Positions 39,913 to 55,069 are shown, counted from the first letter of the stretch. The stretch is DNA of 57,252 bases from Rotaria socialis (GCA_905331295.1 CAJNYD010000173.1:1-57252); one strand, 5' to 3'. Notes: generated by a model from the letters alone, not told the origin. A program made the numbers and translations.

Positions 39913-42186
39913 CTATTGAACTCCACTAAGAGCTCTATGATATTCACGCATTAACAAGGGATTAACACTACTTTGCATATATCGAAATGGCGAAATAAAC
40001 TCTTCATTTGTTGGCGTAACAGGACGCGTATTATTGTGAGATGCTTGAGCTTCACGGTTGTTTATTGATGGTGCAGGTGATTTAACCGATTGGGATACTT
40101 GTTCCGATGTTCCATAAATATTTGTTACGTATTCATTGACTTGTTCATTATTCAATGGTGGAAAATTCGATTGTTGTTGGTGTTCGATCCATGCTTGTTC
40201 GGATGCATGTTTCATCGGAGGCTGACGTTCGACATAATTAATTGATGGCCCAGCAGTTAACGTAGTATGACTTCGACGGCGCCGACGATAAGTGTCATTA
40301 TTTGAACTATTCGAATCTTGATAATCTTGTATATTTGATAATTCTAAATGATCAAATTTTGTTTGTACAGGATGATTTTTAGATTTACGTTTTCTTCCTT
40401 TGTATTCTCCAAAATATTCATCGACCATTTCTAACATATCGGATGTTGTCAAATATTTTTCGTCGGCACCAGTAGTTTTTCGTTGTTGTTGTTTAGCTTT
40501 TTTCTCGCTGATAATACTTTCAACAGCTTGAGCATCAAGAACAGGTATATGGCTGAATCGATGGCGATGTCGGCGATGTCGACGAGGACGAACTTTTGAT
40601 GTTTCATTAGATTTTGGTACTAAATCATTATCTGTCGGGTTTGCTTGAATAACATCCATAAATAAAATACGATTGCCTTCGCTCGTGATCTTTTCACCTC
40701 GCTCATTGATATAATAGGTATCGCACATTGAAGCATAGTCAGTATCTGGTTTTTGTATAGGTACAGAAGGATTGAATACTTGCTGGGGTTGTTGAAAGAC
40801 ATAGGTAGGAACTTGTTCAACCTGTTGGAAGCCATAATTTTGAGTTTGTTCAGCTTGCTGGAAGCCATAATTTTGAGTTTGTTCAGCTTGTTGAAAACCA
40901 TAGTTGGGAACTTGTTGAGGAATTGTCATCATGCGATTATTCGGTATAACTTTTTCAATAACAATCGGTGGTTTTTGAATTGTGTTGAACTGCACGTTAT
41001 ATTGTGGTGTTAACGATGGATCAAATGAGCTTGTTTGTGATTGTGGAACTAATGTATTAAATGGATCTGTTTCATGTTTACTCTGTTGTTGTTTGCTGCT
41101 AGGACGATGTCGATCGTATTGGTCCGATGCACTCGATGAACTCGAACAACTCGATGAAGTCGAACGATCTTCATCGTCCATATGAGATAGATGATGATGA
41201 ACTTCTTGTGTTAAATCATCATGATAAAGACCATGATGTAGACCAAATGGTGAAGCTGGAGGACGAGGACGAGATTCACTTACATCAGCATCGCCCCATA
41301 ATTCCCATTTTTCTATACTACTTGCGTTCGTACGATAGAAATACCCGTAAGATGATGGATCTAGCAAGCAATTCCGATCGGTCGAATGTTTAGAACTATT
41401 ACGATCTGTAATTTTTTTGGACCGAGCTTCATCATCATTATCGGGTGATATATAAATAATTCCAGTTGTTTCAGTAACTTTTCTTCCATAACGATCTAAC
41501 TGAAATCAAACAATTCAATGAAATTTTTAGAATATAAATCAGTACAAAAACTACAATTTAACCTGATAGAAAATGGGTGATTTGAAAGGTTTAACATTAT
41601 TTTTCAGGGTCGCATAAACTTCTGATATTGTTCGAACGAGTGCAAGTGCTGCATCATCACTTTTCGTTATAAAACAATGACATTCGTCGCCTGGTACGAT
41701 TTGTGTACGTTGTACGACAGCACAAAATAAAGGTGGATGATTACTTTGAATTTTAACGGTCGTGTCTAATGTTATAAAACGCCAATCAATCGGTGATATT
41801 TGATCAGATTCAACAATAGAAAAACGAAGACTTGCACAATAGAGAAGTGATGATATTGGGAAAAAAATTACTGTATGAGGTTGACGAGCAAATGCTAATT
41901 GCATGCCATTCTCATAAATAGATAGTACGGCATCAATACCTTTGAAAGAAAAACAATAATTTTCGTTATATGATTAAAGTAATAAAATACCTCGGACTGT
42001 ATTCGTTCCATCGACAGGATACCGATGTGCAAATGGTTCTTGAACTGAATCAAGCCCACGACGACCAGGACTTGGCAGTGCTGTGCCCAAATATAGAACA
42101 CCACATTGAACAATGGGCTCAATGACTTGCGCCTCAGGAATAATTGGTAATTGATCCGGCGATGTCATTGCAGCTTTTTTCGACAT
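39913..42186 (-). CDS. PTB/PH-like N-terminal domain protein with long low-complexity C-terminus (3 exons)
   Basis: Exons 41991-42186, 41563-41939, 39913-41499 join in frame; VLYLG..GLDSVQEP, FFPISSLLYCA, HPPLF and ECHCF..AALALV motifs; internal 33-nt tandem repeat (NYGFQQAEQTQ). Confidence 0.8.
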
Positions 42187-42874
42187 AATTGCTTAAATAG
42201 AAATGAAACGACGGGAAGAAGAAGAAGAGAGAAAAAAAAACGTGTCCTCAGCTCTTTATCTTTTTACGTGTGAACAGCTATCGAACAAGGTTGAGAGAAA
42301 AAGAATCGAACATTGCACATCCGAGTATATGGTTATGTATGTCGTCACATGATATGTATAATCGATGTATACACACAAGTAAAACATTATATGACTGTTA
42401 TACGACCTAACAAGCGCAGTCATGTGTGACTCTACGGTGGTTTTTACAAAGAAGAGATGCTTCGTTTTTCTTGAAAAATTTTCGAAAACAGTCATTCTTC
42501 TTTTTGAAGTTTGATACAATGAAATTTAAAATGATTGATATTATTCGTGATTATTTGTAGTTAGCTTTTATTAAAAAATATCATTAACATTATCAATGCA
42601 TCGGGCTTTATTTACGAAATTTTTCTATAAATATCGAGAACACGCGATTCCTATCGGCTATAAATACTTAATAATAAGAGAAAAAGCAATGCAATTATAC
42701 CAACCATTTACAATATTCTATCTTTTGTATGATCATACTATTTTACGAATATATCCCCTGAGAAATAGTACGATTATATTTTTTTGACTTTCGAGAAAAA
42801 ATCAAATTGAAAATAAACAGAAGCACGAAATATTTTTGTCGTTCTTTTTTTTATTTAATTTAAAATAGCAATAT

Positions 42875-43565
42875 CTATCGTCGTACAGATATTTCAACTC
42901 CATCACGCACGTTATCGTTATATTCAAGAGTAGATTCATACAATCTGGTTTTGTAATTTGGATTATTTCGAATGTAATGCAAATACTTCGGTGCACCAGG
43001 ATAGATAACATTATCAGCTACAATCATAGTGCCGGATTGAATCAAGCCGTACTGTTCTAATAGCTTAAGATCATGTAAATATGCTGAACCATCATGATCG
43101 ATAAAAATAAAATCAAACGCATTTATATGATACTTTTCAGTCAACTGAGGAATAACATTTTCAGTTGAACCAACGATAAGTTGTATTCGTTTTTCTACAC
43201 CCGCATGTTTATGAATAGTATGAGCTATTTCAGCTGATTGACGATTTCTTTCAATGGAAATAATAAATGCATCATCTGGCAATTGACTTGCCATTCTCAA
43301 TGAGCTATAACCAAGAAAAGTACCTACAAAAATCAATGGATCGCTTGTTAGTACAAAATAAAATAATCATACCCAGTTCTAAAACTGTTTTTGGTCTTCG
43401 TGTTCGAATAGCATCATCAAGAATTTGTCCTTTTCGATCGCCAATATTCATCAACCATTGTTTAGTCCAACCGAATCTATCGATAGTATCGATTACATGT
43501 TGTACATTGCCAGGCTGACTTTTTTGAAGAACATAATTCACCAATGATACATGTGAGGATTGCAT
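42875..43565 (-). CDS. COMT: Catechol O-methyltransferase family protein (2 exons)
   Basis: LMNIGDRKGQILD, VLELG|TFLGYS, FDFIFIDH, IVADNVIYPGAP and DGVEIS motifs; intron 43324-43372. Confidence 0.9.
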
Positions 43566-45778
43566 TGTCGGCAGCAGTAACGCTCGGAGTCATTTTTTTC
43601 TTACCAATTTATTTTAAATAGCTATTTGCATTGCTAGTATGACAGGGCAAAAAATTTTCTAGTAAATCATACAACATCATTTTCTTTCCGTTCTGTTGAC
43701 TCGAAATTTTTGACATGGTTTCCTCACCATGTAAACGATGATTAAGCATTTTTGCGTCCTGTTTTCAACGCGTATTGCTTCCTTTTTCTAAAGATAATAG
43801 AAATCATAGATGAATTCAAATGTACAATCAAAACAACTATCGATCTCTCCTTCAATGAACGTGATTGCTTTGCGTAAGAATATTTCGGATAGCGACTACT
43901 ATCGTCACGGAAGGACAACAGTGAACAATCATAAAGCAGATCTTTATTGGAACTTGAGCTTTTTTCTTTTGGTTAATACAATAGATAGTTGATTTTTCCA
44001 CTGAAATATTCACAGATAAGCCTTTTAAATTTTCAATAAAACCATACTTCTCTCAATGAGTCCGTATGTCGAGAAACCAGAGTTCGTTCGAACAGGAAAT
44101 TCTCTAGTGGCTCTACAGCTCTTTTTTTATGAAAAAATATCCATTCAGAAATATAATATCTGAATTTCTTCATTGGAAATTAAACTCTCGTTGGCACTTT
44201 CGTAACTGAAAGTAAATTTTGTGCAAAAATCAGTTCTTTGTCACAATTTAATGGCCATCAAAATATGCCGACATCCACTTAGGCAGATTTCATAAGAGAG
44301 ACATGCGTTCCACTTTCATCTATAAATGCTTTTTTGATTGATGAGTACTTAAAAAGACACCTTGCGTCTTTCTGACACTTACGTCTATATAAAACTCAGA
44401 CTTACATTCTTCTTTTTGACGGATTATGTACTTACCATTAATTCATTAGAGTCGATACGATAGAATTTATTTGATATTTTTAAGCAACATCGTCGCTCTC
44501 GTGTTTCAATTTTTTTTAAATTCGAATACAAAACAGCATTGGATTATATAGAATTAAGAGATATCTACTATTATTTATCAAGACAGAATTTTCCGAGACA
44601 CTACAGTGCTTTGAATCGATTTAACATATGTTGAAATGCTAACGAATATCTGATCTGGTTCGTCGTTAATGACTCATAATATACAAAATGTATGACGTGC
44701 TATAATTAAAAATCATCTTATTATTTTCTCATCTACAAAACGCATCTACTGACGTTTCCTTAATCATTTTCTATGACATACTTTTCATTGAACTAAGAAA
44801 GGCATATTCAACAAAGCCCGTCACTCATGATTAATAGTAATTACAAAACATTTTTCTTTTATTTTAAATTTTTTCATAACAATATTGAACTTTTCTCCAT
44901 AGTCACTTGTTGAATGTAAGAATACGATTTTTTTCCATGTAGCGAAGTATTTAAAAGATAGCCCAATACAATAGCCTGTTCACGGTGCTCAACCCAGGTT
45001 ATTTGTATTAAATCAAGTATTGATCGATTACCAATAATTAAATATCGTTCGCGTAAATGATTTAATTCTTTCATATTCGATAAACTAATCCGATAAACTA
45101 AAGGGCATTTTAGATTTTTAAATAATCTTTCATATGAAATATTTTTTTCGGCACAAAGTCGTTCAAGTTCATCGATAACTAAAGTTCGGGCTTTACACTA
45201 AAACAAAAAAAAACATACACAATTTTTATTCTTATTTCAAGTCGTTCTCGGATCATTAGTAGCATATTCAAAAGTTAAAGATTAAAGAGTCGGCGGTGCA
45301 TTGTATTCTACATGACTGAATATGGGCTTGAATTAATAGGGAAATTAGAAAATGTAAATCTGACGAGTGCTTATTCCTCAGAAAATCTCTCTTGATGTAG
45401 AAAAATCAGCATTACGATAAATCATTATTTTTTCATGCCAGATGCTTTCATTGAATGACAGCTATGAAAACAACAAAAGATCGAGTACTTGATATTTATA
45501 CTACAGTGAAACTGCGATATGTTGAAGTATTACTAATGATTCATTCCAGGCTTAAGATTTTTCTTTTTAACTAAGAAAAACTACAGACTAGATTGTTGAT
45601 GCTCAGTAAATTATCGCAACAGGTATCATGTCAGGATGCAACCTTTACATAATTATGTAGAACAGTTTAGGGTCTTTCCAGTTAGAATTATCCTAATTAA
45701 TCCTAGTGTTATGTTCTGTTCACAATTAGTGAAGTCTTACGTTTAGAAAACGAGAATGTCATTCTGATTTAAATAACA

Positions 45779-46374
45779 TCAATAAAAGTACAAACATTTC
45801 TGTGTTTGAGGAAATGAAACAATTCTTATGAATTTCAGGAAATTCAATGCTAATAGAAAAAGCCTTGAATTGAGCATATAGAATAGCAAGAGGTCTCGAT
45901 ATTTTAATATCAATAGCTCGTATTTTATTTCCTGTAATATATGTAAATAGATGAATTAGTATTTTATTGCTTTACCTGAACACAAAATCGAAATGGCTTT
46001 GAAAGCTGATTAAGTGATTGTATTTGAATATTACTTATTAAAAATTGTAACGTTTGTTGTTGATTATTTAGAATAATTCCAATGATTTTAATATCGAAAC
46101 TAATACGAAATCGCATGAAACGATAATCATGAGGTGTTGCATGGAAAACTAATTGAATACCATTATCGTGACATAGTAAACCTTGAAACGATTCATCTTG
46201 TGTTATGTCACATAAGATACGGATTTTCTGTCTAATTGTATCTTCATCGATAAAAATGTGATCATTTTGAAATTCTTCGATAAATGCCGTGGAAAACTTC
46301 AATGTTTTTAACAAATCCGTCAGCGTATTTTTATTAATAAGAAATTGCGTTGCGATTTGCGTAAAGATGTTCAT
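45779..46374 (-). CDS. Hypothetical protein (probably 2 exons)
   Basis: ATG-initiated 133-codon exon ending CAG|GTAAAG, 44-nt intron, second exon 45779-45931; no recognisable domain. Confidence 0.45.
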
Positions 46375-48724
46375 TGATATGAGACAAAATAACGATAGAA
46401 TATGAAGAGCATAGAGAAAAAAAACTAAAATGGCAAATCGCGTTCTGTGTCAATGAGCCAAGTGAAGAATAATGAGTAGGAGATAGAAGAAAAAAGAAAA
46501 GGAAAGAAATACAGAAATTTCTCTCTTTATCAAGAACTACACATTATCTATATTTTAATTCGTTAGTAATTTTCATTGGAAACAAGTAGCCAGTGACATA
46601 GCGAATTCTTATCGGTTAATCAAAATTCGTCAGTCAGAAAACAAAAATCCGTATGGGATTATCAACAGATACATGATAACGGGTAGAGAATGTTTATTAA
46701 AGATCGATGCGGAGAATTTTCAACATCTGATATTCAACTGGTAGTGTTAGAACGTTCTCATCATTTTTATGATACTGGTAACCCATAGGAAAATAACCTA
46801 CGACTGCACTTGTATATTTCATGTGGTGATTATGAACTTACTTTGAGGAAAAAGTTGTGATTCTTGCAAAAACATTAAGGTTTATGCGTGAAAGTATTCT
46901 TTCTTTTCATTTTTACATCAAGCATATCTTTGAATTTACATGGATTAACAAACAATCGAATGAGTTCTGCCGACGGAATATTGACAAATACTTATTTTTT
47001 TTTTCTAGACTAGTCTACAGCCTAGAATTAATGAATCAATTGAGAATAACTAAATTAACTCTTTACATATATATAGTTCATTTAACAATGTTTAGCTGTG
47101 CGAAAGAAAACACATTTTTTTTCTATATTTTCTTTCAAACACCATTTTATTAATCCCATGGTAATACGTATTTTGTTGGGGAAAAATAAAGCTATACCTG
47201 GAATTGTTTTACTACTGAGTCGGTAAGCTCTGCCTGGTGACAATCCACAGTTTTTCTTTTTTCTACAAAGAAAGACATGCGACTTGTTGTCGTTTTAGTT
47301 TTCGGATTAAATGTTGTTATTTTAAATTAACAATATGTTACATAGAAAATTCTCGCCAAACCTAAGTTCACACGTCAAAACACATTTCTTATGTATGGAC
47401 TTTCATGTCACATCGTCATATTAGCGACATGATATAGAATTAGAATGAAAGCATATGTACTAGCTACTTGAGTTCATTCTAATATTGCGAGTCATTTTTG
47501 AATTTGATATTCTACGTTTTTATCATAAGCACAACAAAATAGAATTGCTTTATGTGTTAAACAGACGCCTCGCTATCATAGATTTGTTGTGAAAATGTAT
47601 CAAGTTTCAATTTGATTAATTCTTAATTTAGTTTCTAATCAGAGTGCAATTGGAATTGCGTCTTAGTCGTCTTAAGAATGCACACATCTTTAATACCATC
47701 ATAATTCTGAAGAACGTAGTCTACATTTGATAACAATAGAAGCCAAGAATTAAAAGAAAATCTTCTTTTCTCCCTTGAGAACTTTAAATTCGAAGACTTT
47801 TCAAGTTAATACTGCTCAACACAATTCATTTCATTACGTTTATTATAAAGCAACTAGAAATAAATCAGTTTCAGATTGAAAATAATATTTTCCGTTCACC
47901 AAACGTCAATATCAATCAGAAAACATAATATTCAGTTACTCATCGTAGGGGATGGATAAAGATGTTGAACAGACAAGTCTGCCATCTGGAAATCGTGCAA
48001 ATGACATTGCTCACGTGTACGCTACGACAAAAATAGACGGGAAAAATTATTTAAGACGTTTTCCAGATGTAAAATTTGACTTTTCAACGCTCTCGTGAAT
48101 CGGATTTTTGACCAAATTAGTCAACTCACCGATGTCGTAAAACAAATTTTTAAAATAATCCAAGTGTCTCAACGTATTTTGATTACTTCACGATAAAGAT
48201 ACAAAAATAAAATGGAAAATAACTATGGTAATATTCAACAATAACCATCTACGAATGCAAGAGTTTTCGATTGATCTTCGGTCGAAATCATTTTCCCAGT
48301 AATAAAACACATACAATAATCAAAATGATACTATTTTTTTTTCAACATTCACATATTCACTTACTTTGATGATGAAAATAGGCAGTTTTGGACTGTTGAT
48401 CTTGACTGATTTTACTGTTGGTACCATATGAACAACGAAGAATGATATACTCATTGAGTATTTTAGTCTGTTGTTTTGATGTGTCATACTCCCGCACACT
48501 TATATTTGACGTCTAATTAAAGTCCTTTTCTTTTTCATTGATACCATGTGAAAATTTCCTGATGTCGTTATTTTTTTTGTCAAAACTAATATAAGGACTG
48601 AATGGATTATGAGAAAATATTAAATGCATTGTACTTTACTCAAGATTCGTTATATATCGCACGCGTTTTTGCATTATCACTCACAAGAAGCTAAAATTAC
48701 TAAGAAAACAGTAGTCCATTTCAG

Positions 48725-49051
48725 ATGACTGGTGTACCAATGAATATATTCGTTGTTCTTTTTCTTTGTTTGCTATTGATGGTGGTATCCTCGAAAAATG
48801 CGGAAACCATTCCACCACCAAATGCAGATATTATTTGTCCAGATGGTCTTTCAATATGCCCAGCGACTAGTACTTGTTGCATTTCAACAGATGGTGATTA
48901 TTCATGTTGTCCGATTCAAGATGGAGTGTGCTGTGCCGATCATAAACATTGCTGTCCAAAACATTATAAATGTGATTTAAAAATCTTTAAATGTGATCGT
49001 GTTTTTAGTGCAACCATGCTCGGTATGGAAGCACCGTTAAATAAAAATTGA
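48725..49051 (+). CDS. Secreted single-domain granulin
   Basis: Signal peptide plus one 12-Cys granulin motif C-C-CC-CC-CC-CC-C-C (CCADHKHCCP). Confidence 0.92.
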   Translation: MTGVPMNIFVVLFLCLLLMVVSSKNAETIPPPNADIICPDGLSICPATSTCCISTDGDYSCCPIQDGVCCADHKHCCPKHYKCDLKIFKCDRVFSATMLGMEAPLNKN

Positions 49052-50851
49052 TAATATATGTATGTTTGACAAGGATCTCTTTTTTTTCTCTTGGAAGAAA
49101 TCACTTGTAACTCGTGTTTGTTTCCGAAGAACACATTCTGTCTGGTCGCTATTGAAACATATTACGTACACAGGCCAAAAAAAACAATAATTCATCGAAA
49201 TTGGTAACCTTTTGAAAGAGTACTCGACGCCTATTTTTTATTGACCAATATTATAATGGTTTTTGTTTATCGATGGTAAAGTGGTTATAATAATTGAAAT
49301 ATTTTTCATATTCATATGCTTTTGATTGACATCAGCGTTTTTTGTTTTTGTTTTAAAAGAAAACACTTTACGAAGATACGATCGGACTTTAACCTGGTAT
49401 CTATTTATATCATTCGATTGTAATCTTTGATGTAATTGAAAAAATATGTTTGACATTGGTGTGAAGTACAACTAAGTCAATAGCCGATATGCGACTGATA
49501 GTTATACTTTTAGAAAATAAAAATACGCATATTCGTTGACAATTCAGAATTTATTTCTTGTGATAAAACAAAATTCCTGATAGAGATTTAGAAGTCGGTT
49601 TGAATAATATTGCTTTCTGATCATGACAATCGGAAATTCCGTGTACACGATTTACTGCCCATTGATTACTTCGAAGAAAATAAATTAATAAATGAGTAAT
49701 GGTCTTGACAGTCAATCCCGTTTCTGAAGAAAAAATTACACAAATGTTGAAAAACAAAAAAGTCATCGATGAGCGAACTATTGAATAAATTTTCAATTTA
49801 AAATGATGGATGCTCATCAAATTGAGGGGTAAGATAGTCATTAATATGGCAAAAAATTATAAAAAATATATATGAAGTCAAAGAACATAATTTTTTTTAT
49901 CATACTCTTGCTAAAAATGTCTGCTATATTTACTGAATCTACCCATGGTAACCGACAATTATGCTACCTCGATTATCGATATTCCTTTATTCTTAAAAGC
50001 TGCTGGACTTAGATATTTTCAGCGCCCACCAAAACGTTGAACGTCCATTCACCTTTTTTGGTTTATTTATTAATCAATTCCTTATTCACTTTGTTATTTC
50101 CTCATATATTTGCTCGAATTCTTTTTTTTTTCTAAATATACTTAGTTGATTGCGATAAATATTTTTCTGTTCATTTCTATTCTTCGAGGCTATCAACGGA
50201 CAGTAAATCCTCAGCAGCAAAATGTATACTTTCTGTAGAAAAAAAAACAATTTTCTAAGAAAAACAATCAATGGACAGTAAATCCTGTAAACCCGGGAAT
50301 TCACGAGAGAGAGTAGCAACCAATCGCTTATTGCTCCTCATCATCTCCAAATTTAGTCTTATCTTATTACTTGGTTCTTTGCAGGAAACAGTCTTTTCTC
50401 GTTCGTTCTTTATTTTATCAGTTTTGCAATGTGGCATTATCTCATATGTTGGTTTCATGGACATATGTTGTCCTTCTGCCAACGAGTAAGCAACCCGTAC
50501 ACGTGGCTCTTTTCATCTGTCTACAAGCATTTTTTCCGCATACAAATATAGTGTGACAACTTAGTTTTTTTTGTTTGAGATCAATACGTCAAAATGACAA
50601 TCCGTTGTCTAATTAAAGAATCAACCAGTAAAATAAGACGTAAATACTAGAATGTCACGGGATTGTTTTCCCTTTTTTTGTAACATTTTACATATCGATA
50701 ATAAACATTTTCTTTTACAATAGTTTATGTGAGAAAGTGACTTTTGAAAAATATTTTATTATCAAAATCATTTGTGTGCCATCAGCTAAATATTTTGTTT
50801 CATTAAAAAAAAACATCAATAGTGTAGATTAAAGCATTAAATAGTTTTTAT

Positions 50852-52020
50852 CTAAAATTGCGCAACACGTAAACCAGACGCGTTACTATTGGTTGATTGA
50901 CGTCGAGTTTGCGTTGTGTTTAAATCATTTTCATCATCATCATGCATAAATACTAGAAAAATGTAGTGACTATGACTTCTTCTTAAAGAAAACAAACGAA
51001 ATTAAACATACCTGGATTAGCTTGTTCGATGATAACAGGCTGATTAAGAGGTGCTACAGTTCCCGGTCGCTGAGATATACGACGTGTTGATTCGGTTTTC
51101 GGTGAACGATATCGATATTTATCAGCGAACATAATTAAACCGAAGCTGATAAAAACAGCTACAGAAATCAAATTATAGAATACATAACAGATTTAAATGT
51201 CAATGTTTACCTGCCATCGCAACAAGGCCACCGACAACCTATATTAATAATTCAAAAGAAAAACAAACAATACATTTAATTAATATCTTACATTAGGCCA
51301 ATACTCTAACCAAAGTGATTCAAATGGTGCACCGTGCAGATTTAACAACGATTTCGATACAATCCATTCGCTGTTGTTCAATTGAAAAAAATGATAAATT
51401 CCATTATCACTCGGTTGAATATCAATAATAGTTAATATCCCATTCAATGCAATTGAATATTTCGATGTTACACTGGAATTCAATGGATAATCTAGTCGAG
51501 TAAATTTATCAGGTAATCTCCAATAACACTGCGATTGACGAGTACACTCCGTGTAGTTAAAAAGTGGTTCGAGATTCACCGTACTTCCGTATGGTTGAAA
51601 GTACATCCACTTATATTGTGACATAACACCATGGGCATCTTTTACACATGAAATTAAGATGACAAGTGACACAATAGAAATCTAAATCATCAATTTAATT
51701 AAAAACAAAATCTAATCTATCAACTATATAATTTATTAATAATAAATTTTACTTATCAACGGTCTATCGCGAAGCGTAGATCTTGATTTAAATTAATTAC
51801 AAAGTATTTGTCATGTATTTCCGTATGCGAAAGAAAAATGTTTCGAGAATATATTTGTTCTATTTATCAGATCTGTTAAATGTATGATGCATAATATATT
51901 TAACTTGACATCTCGCTTTTCATCAACATTTCTCTTTATTTTCTTACTCATTCATACAAGTAGCATGTGCTTCCTACATTAAATCCACTCGACTTTACTC
52001 ACCTTAGAAAAGTTTTTCAT
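50852..52020 (-). CDS. Single Ig-like domain type I membrane protein (about 5 exons)
   Basis: MKNFSK|ISIVSLVILISC signal peptide, YWRLP, GILTIIDIQPSDNGIYH, TM segment VVGGLVAM..AVFISFGLIMF; cytoplasmic tail ends RVAQF*. Confidence 0.75.
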
Positions 52021-52905
52021 CAAAACAAACTTCTATTTGATCTCACTGATAAGATAAAACGAAGCAGATTTCACTGAAGTTATGATATTTAGTAGAATAA
52101 AAAGCGAGAAATACTTCATATTTTCTCTATTAGTGTCTTACGAAAGTAATTCATTTTTTTCTCACCTCAGGTTTTCCAGCTATTTTCATACTTCTTTTTA
52201 CCGTCGCTTGGATTATGCTTATATTACGATGATGTGTCTTATGCATTCGTCGATTTTTTTTTCATCGTATCTATTTATAATTATTTCACAAGAAAAAAAA
52301 GAACGAGAGAATTTTTGATATTTATCTATAAGGTAAGACGCTTGAAGAATGTAAAAGTAAAAGGTAAGGTTTGTTTCATATGAATACAATAGGGTAAATG
52401 TGAAAATAATAGAGCTTGCAAAATATACATCTCGTCTTTTCAATAAGTACGAATGATTCATACATTTTGTTTTGAAAGAACACAACCGAATATTTTCAAG
52501 TTCCGTTCTTCCCTATTTTTGTTGGTGATTGTTCGATTCGTCACATAGAGAAATTTATTTTTGTATTTGTGATCAGTACAAGTAATCCTACTTGGTAAAC
52601 GTATGACTTTCCTTTTGTTTTCCTTCGTCAATTGTTTCTTTTGAGTTTTTTTTGTGTTGACTTAAACAGTCGACATGTGCGAGCTAATAGAGAGGCTTAA
52701 CTGCATAAGACAGAACGACGGAAAGGGAAGTGGTATAGAATGAATATGTGCTTTTCTTGTTCAAATAAAATAAAAGCTGTGTGATATTGCCTATTAATAG
52801 GGGTGGTTCTCTGTGTAATGATCATTTTTGTATTTTCACACAAACACACACGCACGTACATATAATTTATACCTTTTCTGTTTCTTTCTTTTGAGATTAC
52901 ATATC

Positions 52906-53685
52906 ATGATCGTATTAGTTGTAAGTGTTTTATTGTTGATAATTCACCAAGGACAATGTGCAGTGCAAGCTACTGCTATCCTCTACGCTGATAATACAAA
53001 TAAATCCGCTGGTATACTGACTTTCACGCAAGACAATGCAGGCGCATCAGTCCGCATTAGTGGCTCGCTCTCCGGACTCAATATCACCAGTGCACATGTT
53101 TGTAGAATGCAATCGAAAAAAATTATTTTTGGATTATTATTTTTTTTACCAGGGTTTTCATGTTCATGAATTCGGAGTGTCAGAGACTGTACCTAATTGT
53201 ACAGCAGCTGGTGGACATTTTAATCCTTTGAGTAAACTTTCAAATCGTTGATTCAAGTAGACAATTTTTTATTATCTTTTCTTTCCTTCCATTAGAAACT
53301 TTACATGGCCCTCGTACGGCTAATATAACAAGTCGACATGTTGGCGATCTTGGAAATATAACAACCGATGATAAAGGTAATGCTAATATTAATATAGAAG
53401 ATTCGATAATCCAACTTTATAATGGGAACCGATCAATTGTGAATCTAACTATTGTTGTACATCGTATGCGTGATGATGGTGGTCAAGGAGGAGCGTCAAG
53501 TAGTAATACAACTGGGTATGATTTTATACTTGATAGGAAAATAATATTTTGATTTTGATTTACATAGAGATGCTGGTGCGCGAGTTCTATGCGGTCGTAT
53601 TCTATCATCAGACGCATTAATCATCAAACCAGCTATGTTTATCTACCACATAGCGATAATGACTGCTATTTTAATGTTTTATTAA
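52906..53685 (+). CDS. Extracellular Cu/Zn superoxide dismutase with hydrophobic C-terminal tail (4 exons)
   Basis: Signal peptide; HGFHVH, GGHFNP, LHG, RHVGDLGN, IVVH and GDAGARVLCG motifs; exons 52906-53097, 53153-53231, 53296-53515, 53568-53685. Confidence 0.93.
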
Positions 53686-54983
53686 TTTTATTGAAAAACA
53701 AAACAAACATTTCTTTGAAAATATATGGATAATGCAATTTAATTTTATTATTTCATCACTTATATTCTAGCATATAATCCGGTTTTGAATCTCATTAAAA
53801 TAATAAAAGTGTCACTGTTGTAATTTGAAAAAGAATTATTTTGTCTGAAGTAAAAACTTCATTGTTGTATACATTAACAGTCGATGTGTAAAATATGTAA
53901 CTTTACACTTACTATTTTTTCATCAAAATATTGTAGGAAAAAAACTGTTGAAATAAAAATACCTAAAAACAGTGTCAATAAAGTCAAGCCCAGTGCTTAA
54001 GTAAATAACATTAGATAACAAGCTGAAAAAATAATAAATAAGAGTTAATAATAAGCACACTAATGATAACTAAGATAAGCGTGAACCTATGTCAACACAA
54101 TTCTTTCGTGTAACACAATTTTACTTTCCAATCGTTGCACGAATATCGTCTTGTGTAAAATAAAAAATGCGCCAACTGATTCTATACATATCAAATTTCT
54201 GTCATAATATTATATTCTGAGTTTTTAAAGCCACTCAATATTACAAATATACAAAAGGTAGACTGCCTATCAATATATTTGTTATAACATCAATTCTTAT
54301 TTTTATGATAAATATAAAAATATTCCAAAAATAAACTGCTTATACTTCCTTCAGTGTTAAAGAATGATTTTCAAATCATTCAATTCATGTATCCTGAAGA
54401 ACTTCACTTGGTAAACTGTTTTGTCAACAATATCGAAAAACGCAGGCATTTTACAATATTAACGAGAAAGTGAAATCTAATTCAATCTAATTATTTTAGA
54501 AAATTATTGAAATCTTCGATAATAATAGAATTTCATCGATCAAGTATAAATACTTTAATCTATGTTGAGTCTCGTTCAGCAAGCATTTATCATAGTTTCT
54601 CGTCTAAATCTATCATTGAGTCGAAACTTAATTTGAACTATATCGTACTTCTTTGCATATAGCGTTGAGAAGAAAAAGAAAACTAAAGTAAATGTACTAT
54701 TTGTTTATAAACTAATACAAATCGCAATTGGTCACGCTAGTAGAATAAAATAAAAATGCAAAAATTGTCTAATCTTAATGTGATAAATTATAGAAAGAAA
54801 TAGATGCGTTTGTCCTCAGTATTTTCGACGAGCATCAAGGGATTACACACCTAGACCTAATAATGTATTATAGAAAGAACAGAAAGAAAAACTGCGCTCG
54901 GTTGTTTATTTACAATTATTTTTATTGCCTATTTCATTCTTAATGTTGTTTGTTGTCAGTTAGGAAAAATAATTCTTTATAAC

Positions 54984-55069
54984 GTGCGTGTGGGTGTGAA
55001 TCGAGCTCTGAGTCATGAATAGAGTGTACATCAACACAAGCCGCACCCACAAACCCACACCCACACCCC
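54984..55069. repeat. Telomere-like inverted site I: GTGCGTGTGGGTGTG-spacer-CCGCACCCACAAACCCACACCCACACCCC
   Basis: Direct reading. Confidence 0.78.

Noticed and set aside
40790..40910. 33-nt tandem repeat
   Set aside because: In-frame coding repeat (NYGFQQAEQTQ) within the PTB-like gene; ordinary low-complexity expansion.
49950..50560. Possible decayed coding or transposase relic with a short direct repeat (GGACAGTAAATCCT x2)
   Set aside because: No recognisable motif, multiple stops, cannot be assigned.
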